Assembly: GCF_006345805.1 (NCBI RefSeq)
Contig: NC_043002.1
Coordinates: 37,200,001 to 37,264,000 of the forward strand
Direction: 5' to 3'
Length of the DNA stretch: 64,000 bases
DNA from: Octopus sinensis
Lineage: Eukaryota
Below the pieces are notes generated by a model. It saw only the letters and a program-made list of their open reading frames with translations. It ran no database searches and was not told the DNA's origin. Below, piece after piece: positions 53,839 through 64,000 of this stretch. Made by a program: the position numbers and the translations under genes. Every line of letters starts with the position of its first letter. Position 1 is the first letter of the stretch.

Positions 53839-54689
53839 ATGCATATAACATAAAAGGAAAACCGACTTTTTCATGGCCGTTGCCAGTACTGCCTGACTGG
53901 CCCTCGTGCCGGTGGCACGTAAAAGCACCCACTACACTCTTGGAGTGGTTGGCGTTAGGAAGGGCATCCAGCTGTAGAAACTCTGCCAGATCAAGATTGG
54001 AGCCTGGTGCAGCCGTCTGGTTTGCCAGTCCCCAGTCAAATCGTCCAACCCATGCTAGCATGGAAAACAGACGTTAAACGATGATGATGACACTTGCCCA
54101 AGGTACCACGCAGTGGAATTTAACCAAAGACCACATGGTTGGAAATCTAGCTTCTCAACCACAGAACCATGCCACTAATAACATAATAAATTACCTTGCA
54201 AAGCAATTTGGTTACCTTGGTTATCAAGTAGAAATTTTAAGTGATGTTTAGAAGTCTATTATTAATCATCAAACTAATTTGGTGTTGTAGCTTAAAGATA
54301 TTTATAACATCATTAGCTAAATATTTACAAATCATATGAATTATTGCCAATCAGACAAAATCATATAGTGACATCTCACCTTTCAAGAAGATAGAGAAAT
54401 GCTGTTCTTGCTACTGGGTGTTGACATGAATATAATTATGTGCTCTACCCAGCTCAGTTTCACCTCTGTTGCCTCATTTCCCTTGGGTACCTCAGTGTTT
54501 TAGTTCATGTTTCCATTGTATAATTTGAACAGAGGACGAAAACAGTGTGAAAATATGGTGATTATTGTTATGAAGAGCAATTTCAAAATAAGATTTTTCC
54601 AAATATGTGTATAAGGGCATATACTTATTTGGAAAATTTGATTGTTCATTTGTATTATGTCTATTTTTCCATGTTAACATGGGTGGCAT

Positions 54690-55254
54690 CAGTGGTTCTC
54701 AACTTGGGTCTATATGGCCCTTGTGGGCCCATGTAAGATTTTGATGTTAAAGTTTATGTGTTTGGTTATACTTCTACAATAATGATAAACATTGCCCTTT
54801 TCAAGCCTAGCCAGGCTCTTGGGCCCGGTTTTCCAGTTTCTGTGGCGTATGTGTTCCCCCCGGCTGGACGGGATGCCAGTCCATTGCAGCATTACTCAAG
54901 AAACAGGAAGAGAGAGTGAGAGAAAGTTGTTGGGAAAGAGTACAACAGGGGTCACCACCACCCCCTGCTGGAGCCTCATGGAACTTTTAGGTGTTTTCGC
55001 TCAATAAACACACACAAGAATTGAAACCGTGATCCTCCAACCGTGAGTCCGCTTCCCTAACCACTGGGCTGTTGCACCTCCACTCTATACTTCTACAATG
55101 CACAAAATATTTTAACAATTTTTAAAATACAATTCCTAATATTTAATTATAGATATATAATAAGATTTGTTAAGCATCAAATGGTTATGGGAGTCCATTA
55201 GAATAAAATTATAATCAAAGGGGTCCATAGATAAAAAATGGTTGACAACACCTG
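54690..55254. mobile_element. hAT (Charlie-like) MITE with a nested family C SINE
   Basis: TIRs cagtggttctcaac / gttgacaacacctg; degenerate 8-bp TSD ggtggcat / agttgcat. The SINE at 54781-55085(-) is flanked by a 14-bp TSD tatacttctacaat (54767-54780, 55086-55099). Confidence 0.8.
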
Positions 55255-55425
55255 AGTTGCATGAATACATATTATTGAGAGATTGTTTTACAGTTGGGCA
55301 ACCTTCCTGTCATCAACTTTCCATTCTGTCACTTTTGCTGAGCTGTTAAGTTATGGGGATATAAACACACCACCACTGGTTGTCAGGTGGCAGTGGGGAG
55401 ACAAACAGACACAAAGACATGCACG

Positions 55426-55460
<35 letters not shown>

Positions 55461-57217
55461 CACACACACACACACACACAAGCACACATATAAAACAGGT
55501 TTCTTTCAGTTTCCATTGACTATTTCCACTCACAAGGCTTTGGTCAGCTTGAGGCTATAGTAGAAGACACTTGCTCAAGATGCTATGCAGTGGGGCTGAA
55601 CCCCAAATCATATGATTAGGAAGCAAGCTTTTTACCACACAGCCACGCATTTCTTCATTTTTATCTTCTCTTTAGACAAGTGCTAATGTTCGCATAAAAG
55701 TGTGAAGTTTCAAACTTTTCCAGAAATCGTGTATCAAAATCAAAAATAATGGAGAAAAGAAATTGATATTTTTACCTCTGAGTAAAGGGGATAGTTGAAA
55801 GGGATAGTTAATGCTAAAAACTGGAATTAAAAATAAAACCATCTGCTTTCTCTAGCAACACATGTAAGAAGTTTACAGACAGTGAAGTTGCTCTCACTAT
55901 TCAAGAATTTATGTGTTTAAAGGGTTAGTCAGGCTAAAGAAGCATCCATAACTTTTACAGTTCATCAAGGACTAGTGAGATTGTTGTGGTTGATATTCAG
56001 CAAGGGACTTTCTCTAATAATCACTCAATGGGAATCTCTAGGCAGTTATTTGCCATTGTCTGGTTAAGAAGCTCACTTTGCAACCACATGGTTCTGGTTT
56101 CAGTCCTACTGTGCAGCACTTCAAGCAAATATCTTCCACCATACACTTTGGCTGACCAAATGCCATGGGAGTTATTTTAGCAGTGTAGAAGCCCATTACA
56201 CACATATATATGTTTGTGTGTCTGTGTTTGTCCCCCCCCCCGCCCATCATTGCTTGACAACCGATGTTAGTGTGATTATGTCCCTGTAGTTCAGCGGTTC
56301 GGCAAAAGAGATCAATAGAATAAGTACTAGGCTTACAAAAAAGAATAAGTCCTGAGGTTGATTTGCTTGACTAAGGGCGGTAAAAAGCATCCAGTCCACA
56401 CTGTAAAGTGGTTGACATTTGGAAGGGCATCTGGTTGTAAAAACCATGCCAAAACTGACCTTGCCTGTGCTGGTGTCACATAAAAAGCATTCATCTCACC
56501 CTGCAGTGTGGTTGGTGTTAGGAAGGGCATCTAGCCATAAGAACTGTGTCAAAATATACACAGAAGTTTGCCTGGCTAGCTCCTGTCAAACCGGTCAACC
56601 CATACCAGCATGGAAGGAAGATGTTAAATGATGATGATGATGTATCTCTAAAATCTCATTCAATTATATTTAAAAGAAAAAGACAAACAAACAAGGACAT
56701 GCCTAATGTAGTCAGAGATAAATTATGAAAAGATGAAATAGCCATTGCTAGAATTCCTTTGATCACAGGTCTGCATAATCAAGGATGGCCTGGGTTTAAA
56801 CTAAACTGATTAACAACTCTTAATAAACTTGATTTTAATCTTTAAAAGGCTAATTTATAAAAATAGCTTCTCTATCATATAAATTAGATGATAACCATCT
56901 CTAGGATACTGTGTCTATGATGAAGCTTGATCTACATGAAAATCTCTGAATTTGTAGACATATGCAACTTACTACCAAAAGGATAATATAAACAATAAAC
57001 TCTTTTAGCTGTTTCAGTCATTTGACTGTGGCCATGCTGGAGCACTGCCTTTGGTTGAGCAAATCGACCCCAGGACTTATTCTTTGTAAGCCTAGTACTT
57101 ATTCTATAGGTCTCTTTTGCTGAACTGCTAAGTTATGGGGACGAAAACACACCAGCATCGGTTGTCAAGTGATGTTGGGGGAACAAACACAAACACACAT
57201 CCATATATATATATATA

Positions 57218-57269
<52 letters not shown>

Positions 57270-57989
57270 TATATACGATGGGCTTCTTTCAGTTTCCGTC
57301 TACCAAATCCACTCAGAAGGCTTTGGTCAGCCCGAGGCTATAGTAGAAGACACTTACCCAAAGTGCCACGCAGTAGGACTGAACCCGGAACCATGTGGTT
57401 GGTAAGCAAGCTACTTACCACACAGCCACTCCTGCGCCTAATAAACAATATTAAATAAGAAGAGATTGCAAAGGAAAAAAAAAACCACTGTAGAAAATAT
57501 TCTCTGACAAGGATCTTATGTGATATAAATGTATTTTGAATGGTAAAAAAACAAAATATTAAGCCTATTGCAATGATTTCATACACTTACTTATTTTGTA
57601 AACATGTTTTTTAAAAATTGCTTTTACCAATTCCTGTTTTTATTGTTTGAATAACTGGATTTTTTTTTTCCTTTTTCAAAATATATATGAGAGAGAATTT
57701 GATACAAAACAAGGTCAGTTGACAAGAAAGATTGGTTTTGAATGTTAGCACACACTGGTAAACTGGTTTATCTTCTTAGACCAAAGTCATACTTTGTACA
57801 ATGAAGACAGCAGAATTAATACTTAATATCAACCAATATTAGCTCAATAATGAGATTTTCACAAGATCTGATGGCTCATTAGTATTCATACCAAGAATGA
57901 AGTGAAATGAAGCAAAAGTCGATTGATCAAAGAATTAAAGGGAGTGGAGTGGTGGTGGTGGGTGATTGGTGCAAGGTAGAAAGAATAAT

Positions 57990-58200
57990 GAAGAAAATTT
58001 AATAATAATAATAACAACAACAACAACAACAATAATAATAGTAATAATAATAATAATGATGATAATAATAATAATGATAATGATAATAATAATGATAATA
58101 ATAATGATGATGATGATAATAACAATAATAATAACAACAACGATAATGATGATTATGATGATGATGAAAACAATGATGATGATGATGATGATGATGATTT
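57990..58200. repeat. (AAT)n/(GAT)n/(AAC)n trinucleotide array
   Basis: Seen directly; it gives rise to the poly-I/M/L ORFs. Confidence 0.9.
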
Positions 58201-60301
58201 TTTTTGTAATTCACATCAAATCACACAGCAGGAGAAAAAAAAATTACAAAAACCGAGAATTTTCCTGTTGGGATCAGAAACAGAAGAGTGGAAAATACCA
58301 ATAATGTCTGTTGAGAAGTAGGAAAATTTACAATGAAATGGAAAATAAAAATAGGAAATATAGAATCAGATCTTGTAACAATGAACTAAGGTCAAGAGGA
58401 AGTGGTGGGAGTATGAGTAGTGGAATGTATAACAAAGAGAGAGAGAGCAAGAAACAGAGGGAGAAAGAGAGAAAGAGTGGGAGAGAGAGAAAGAAAAGGG
58501 TAAAAGAAAGGAAGGTGAAAGTGAAAGAGAGAGAGAGAAAGAGGAGAGTGATGGATGGGATGAAGAAAATCTAAAATAGCTGTGTAATGAATAAGGAATC
58601 AGCAAAATAACAGTGATTAGTATAAAGTTGCTAATTAGATACCATTGTATGTGAGCTTGTCTGTGATGCCATTCTTCATACATGGAATCAACCTCATTTA
58701 TGTTATTATCTAGAAAATGTCACTAGAATATTTGTAGATCCCATCTCTCACTGTCTACATAAGACATTTATATAGGACCAATCTTACTATAAAGAAATCT
58801 TCGAAACATCACAGTTTCTGATTATTGTCACCGCTTAACATGTGATTGCAGCTATAAAAAAAAAGAAATGAGGCAAATGAAGGGGAATCTTCATGTGGTC
58901 ACTCATTCAATCAGCTAGAAATAGAAGTCAAACTTCATCCAATAACACACCATTGCTTTAAAAAGGAAGGGCATGTTTGATACTGTGTAATATCTGAGAC
59001 AGGAAGGAAAACAAAACATGACAGTCAATTGACCAGGTGCAGGCATGGCTGTGGGGGTTATGATACTTGCTTTGCAACTATGTGGTTTTGGGTACAGTCC
59101 CAAAGTGTCTTCTACTACTATAGCAACCAATGCCTTGAGAGTGAATATGGTAAAGGAAAATGGTGTGGAAATATGTATATACATACATATAGATAATATG
59201 AGGGAATATTATTCCAAACTTACAGGGAAAAAATATTATTTTGCACATTACTTAATCATTGGTATATGTTTTTATCTTATATATAATTTTTCTATATGAT
59301 GTAATTTATTCTAAATTCATTGTTGAATTGATAAAAGGTGATCTTTTTCTAATTTATATATATATATATATATATGCTGGTGCTATGTAAAAAAGTACCT
59401 ATGCTGGTGTTGTGTAAAAGCACCCAGTACACTCTGTAAAGGGGTTGGCATTAGGAAGGGCATCCAGCTGTAGAAACCATGCCAAAACAGAGAGGGAACC
59501 TGAACAGCCCTTCAGTTGGTCAGCCCCTGCCAAACTGTTCAACTCATGCCGGCATGGAAAACCGACGTTAAATGACAATGATGATGATGATGATGATGAC
59601 ATATATATAGGCGCAGGAGTGGCTGTATGTTAAGTAGCTTGCTTACCAACTACATTGTTCTGGGTTCAGTCCCACTACGTGGCACCTTAGGCAAGTGTTT
59701 ACTACTATAGCCTCGGGCTGACCAAAGCCTTGTGAGTGGATTTGGTAGACAGAAATTGAAGGAAGCCCACTGTATATCTATGTGTGTGTGTATGTATGCT
59801 TGTGTCTGTGTTTGTCCCTCCAACATCGCTTGACAACCAATGCTGGTGTGCTTACACCTCCATAACTTAGCAGTTCAGCAAAAGAGGCCAAAACAAATAA
59901 AAGAATATATATATAAACCATTGTGTGGATTTTCCACTCCTGAAGAATTTTGGTATTAGTCTGGAATCTGAGAGTGTTGATAGCCCAGAACTCAACCAGA
60001 GTTCTGGGCTATCAACATTCTCAGGTTGATTTCTGGACTATCTATCTTTTCATATTTAGCACAAAAAAAACAAAACAAAACAGAAACCAAACAAAACAAA
60101 ATCAAAGCAAAATACCCAGTACACTTTGTAAAGTGGTTGGTATTAGTAAGGGCATCCAGCTGTAGGAAGCATGCCAAAGTAAACACTGGAACTTGCTGCA
60201 GTCCTCTGGCTGTGAGTTCCTCTCAAACTGTCCTACCCAAGCCAGCATGGAAAATGGGACGTTAAATGATGGTGATGATAATGATGATATATATATATGT
60301 T

Positions 60302-60345
<44 letters not shown>

Positions 60346-61543
60346 TACACACACATATTTCCTTTTAATTCTTTTATACTTGTTTCAGTCATTTAACTGT
60401 GACCATGCTGGAGTACTGCCTTTAGTTGAACAAATCAACTGCCAGGACTTATTTTTTGTAAGCCTAGTACTTATTCTTTTGGTCTCTTTTGCTGAACTGC
60501 TTAGTTACGGGGATTTAAACACACCAACATCAGATGGCAAGTGTTGCTGGGGTGGGGTGGGGGAACAAACACAGACACGCAAATACATACTTATATATAT
60601 ATATTATATATATATATATATATACAATGGACTTCTTGCAGTTTCCATCTACCAAATCCACTCACAAGGCTTTGTTTTGACCCGAGGCTATAGTAGAAGA
60701 CACTTGCCTAAGGTGCGATGAGTGGGACTGAACCTGAAACCATGTGGTTGGTAAGCAAGCTACTTACCACACAGCCATTCCTGCACCTATATATATATGT
60801 ATATATTATGCATGTGTGTGTGTGTGCTTGTGTAAATATACAGGTTTGTTGCAGCTTCCATCATAGAAATCCACTCTCATGGCTTTGGTCAGCCTGATGT
60901 TATAGCAGAAGACACTTGCCCAAGGTGTGGTGCAGTGGGACTGAACCAGAAACCATGAGATCGTAAAGCAAACCTTCTAACTACACTGCTATGACTACAA
61001 CTCCCACAAATACACACTCACAAACACCCCCCACACACACACATGCACATGTATAAACGCTATGCGTAGTAACGTATTTAACCTGTTACTTTACTAATTC
61101 TGCCAACTTTATACATTCTTGAAACAATTATACTATTTCTAATGTTTATATAACACGTTTATAACATTATAAACAAAGATTTTTTTTTTCCATGTGTATT
61201 GTTATCATTGATTTAGGATAATGGCATGGAACAGATGGTTTTGAATAGGTAGCCTCTTGTGGTGCACTGCAATAGTAACATATCATTTCATCTTCTTTTA
61301 GTGGCCTTATCTTGCAATGAATCTCAAACTACTTCATCTTAGATGTTCCTTGTTCATCTTTGGCAATATATTCTGTACTAAAGACTAAAGAAATTTGCTC
61401 ATTCAAAAAGTATATTGTGTTTATGTTGTACATCTTTTTTTAATGTATTCACATCTCTTTGATATTTTGGTTAAAGCTAGTCTTTGAGAGGAACCTTCGT
61501 GTGGTTGTTCAAACTTGTAGAAATAGCAACATGATCTCCCTCA

Positions 61544-62191
61544 ACATGAGGGTGGTGAGCTGGCAGAAACGTTAGCACGCCAGGTGAAATGCGTAGCTGT
61601 ATTTCGTCTGCCATTACGTTCTGAGTTCAAATTCCACCGAGGTTGACTTTGCCTTTTCGGGGTCGATAAATTAAGAACCAGTTGCGCACTGGTGGGCCCT
61701 TGTTTGTCTGCTCTATGTTTAGCCCCTTGTGGGCAATAAAGAAATAAGAAATAAGAAACGTTAGCATGCCGGGCAAAATGCTTAGCAGTATTTTGTCTGC
61801 TGTTACGTTCTGAGTTCAAATTCTGCCATGGTCGACTTTGCCTTTCATCCTTTCGGGGTCGATAAATTAAGTACCAGTTGTGCACTGGGGGTCGATGTCA
61901 TCGACTTAATCCCTTTGTGTGTCTTTGTTTGTCTGCTCTATGTTTAGCCCCTTGTGGGCAATAAAGAAATAAGAAACATTAGTACGCTGGGTGAAATGCT
62001 TAGCAGTATTTCATCTGGTGTTACGTCCTGAGTTCAAATACCGCCGAAGTCGACTTTGCCTTTCATCCTTTTGGAGTCGATAAATTACCAGTTACGCACT
62101 GGGGTCAATTTAATCGACTTAATCCCTTTGTCTGTCCTTGTTTGTCCCCTCTGTGTTTAGCCCCTTGTGGGCAATAAAGAAATAAGAAATA
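61544..62191 (+). mobile_element. Head-to-tail trimer of Meta-like SINEs within one 25-bp TSD
   Basis: Junctions at 61754-61758 and 61972-61976; TSD agaaatagcaacatg(a/g)tctccctca at 61519-61543 and 62192-62216. Confidence 0.85.
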
Positions 62192-62600
62192 AGAAATAGC
62201 AACATGGTCTCCCTCATATTACATCCTAATGCTTATCAAGAGAATCTGTAAAATGTAATCTTAGGAAGAAATACAAGACAATGAGGGAATATACTAAGTC
62301 ACTTGACCAGATAAAAGTAATGACTGAATCATCCTCAAAGCACACCTTACCACTAACACCAGTTGCCAAAAAGAAAGAAAAAGAAATTTACATGTGATGA
62401 TGCATTCCTAGATTTACAATGTTGGAATATAAAAAGAAGAAAAAGGAACAAAAATCTACTCAGAATGGTAGTGACAGGAATGCATTTGATCATAGGTCCA
62501 TACAAACAGGGCTGATAGGGGCAGTGGGAAGGGGCTAGACAATAAGAAGAATGACAACAGTGATGAGAACTATGGTGGTAATAACAACAAAAACACTACC

Positions 62601-62832
62601 TATTTCTCTACTACCCACAAGGGGCTAAACACAGAAGGACAAACAAGGACAGACAAATGGATTAAGTCGATTATATTGACCCCAGTGTGTAATTGATACT
62701 TATTTAATCGACCCCAAAAGGATGAAAGGCAAAGTCGACCTCGGCGGAATTTGAACTCAGAACGTAACGGCAGACGAAATACCGCTAGGCATTTTGCCTG
62801 GCGTGCTAATGATTCTGCCAGCTCCCTGCCTT
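62601..62832 (-). mobile_element. Meta-like SINE with 17-bp TSD
   Basis: TSD acaacaaaaacactacc at 62584-62600 and 62833-62849. Confidence 0.9.
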
Positions 62833-63511
62833 ACAACAAAAACACTACCATCAACAACAGCAAACCAACAACAATGGCAATGATGATGTTGACAATAGCA
62901 ACAGCAATACATGGACAGGACATTTACAATTAGAAAGTTTACTAAATAATTACATTTGGAGTGGTCTTATCACTCTTATTTGGCTCACTGGAGTCTGTTT
63001 TGTCTTTAAAAATGCACTAAGAATTTCTTTCCTCCAATTAGTTTTTCTTTTCTTTATTAATACCGATCTGTAGTAAAATTTGCATTTTGTTTAAGATTTG
63101 CACTTGAAAATCTCACTCATCCTTTGAATGTGTGAAAAGGCTTTATAGATGAAACGTTTGAGAATGAAGGAATAGATTGTTAGATCTTCTTTAGCTTTTT
63201 CATAGTGTTTGAATCTATAATTTATGAATTTATAAATTTTGTAATATAAATATATAATATAATATAAATATATAATATAATATAAATATGATATAATATA
63301 ATATAAATATAATATTATATAATATAAGTATAATATAAACTTAGAAAATTTGTAATTCATAAATTTATAAAAACTTTTGAAAAGAGTTCAACAGTTTTAT
63401 GAGAAAAACATAGTGGAGAGAATGTGAATATAGTGTGCATGTATAATATTAATATATAAACTAATTGAATAACTGAAAGAATAAACAAACAGCATTCACA
63501 TTCACATTATT

Positions 63512-63942
63512 CTTTTCTACTCTAGGCACAAGGCCTGAAATTTTTGGGGAGGGAGCCTGTCAATTAAAGTGAACCCCAATATGCAACTGGTACTTAATTT
63601 ATTGACCCTGAAAGGATGAAAGGCAAAGTCGACCTCGGTGGAATTTGAACTCAGATAGTAAAGACAGATGAAATACTGCTAAGAATTTCCCCTGGCATGC
63701 AAATGTTTCTTATTTCTTTATTGCCCACAAGGGGCTGAACATAGAGTGGACAAACAAGGACAGACAAAGGGATTAAGTCGATTACATCGACCCCAGTGTG
63801 TAACTGATGCTTAATTTATTGATCCCAAAAGGATGAAAGGCAAAGTTGACCTCGGTGGAATTTGAACTCAGGTCGTAAAGACAGACAAAATATACTAAGA
63901 ATTTTGCCTGGCGAACTAACGTTTCTGCCACCTTGCCACCTT
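63512..63942 (-). mobile_element. Head-to-tail dimer of Meta-like SINEs with two different tails
   Basis: Junction at 63706-63710; flanking direct repeat ttca(ca/tg)ttcacattatt at 63495-63511 and 63941-63957. Confidence 0.8.
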
Positions 63943-64000
63943 CATGTTCACATTATTGAAACATATTTGAAAAAATTGAACTTTTAAAGTAATCATTATG

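Noticed and set aside
57966-58574. ORFs of 112 and 87 aa
   Set aside because: Trinucleotide and GA-rich low-complexity sequence.
62584-62849. Universal AGAAA target specificity of the Meta-like SINE
   Set aside because: This copy's TSD and the 4583 TSD do not begin with AGAAA, so any preference is partial.

Overview
AT-rich, microsatellite-saturated eukaryotic DNA; the SINE, LINE and microsatellite landscape suggests an octopus genome (inference). I found only one host coding exon: 98 bp on the minus strand (19952-20049), encoding the domain I S3-S4 voltage-sensor segment of a T-type (Cav3) calcium channel. I could not find its neighbouring exons, so the rest of the window is probably two very large introns (at least 19.9 kb and 43.9 kb). 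These are filled with several tRNA-derived SINE families (CORE-like, Meta-like and others), RTE-type LINE remnants and RTE-derived short elements, mariner remnants, TA-, TTAA- and 8-bp-TSD MITEs, minisatellites and a 270-bp near-perfect hairpin. The most notable hidden signal is a ~190-280 bp element in five copies, mostly next to (TA)n tracts. Each copy carries a minimal type I hammerhead-ribozyme-like motif with covarying stem I, invariant stem II and, in three copies, a palindromic ACGU stem III, resembling Penelope-like pLTR/retrozyme hammerheads. Nearly all ORFs in the supplied track are microsatellite or repeat artefacts. Repeat boundaries were read by eye and are approximate unless a target-site duplication (TSD) is given.
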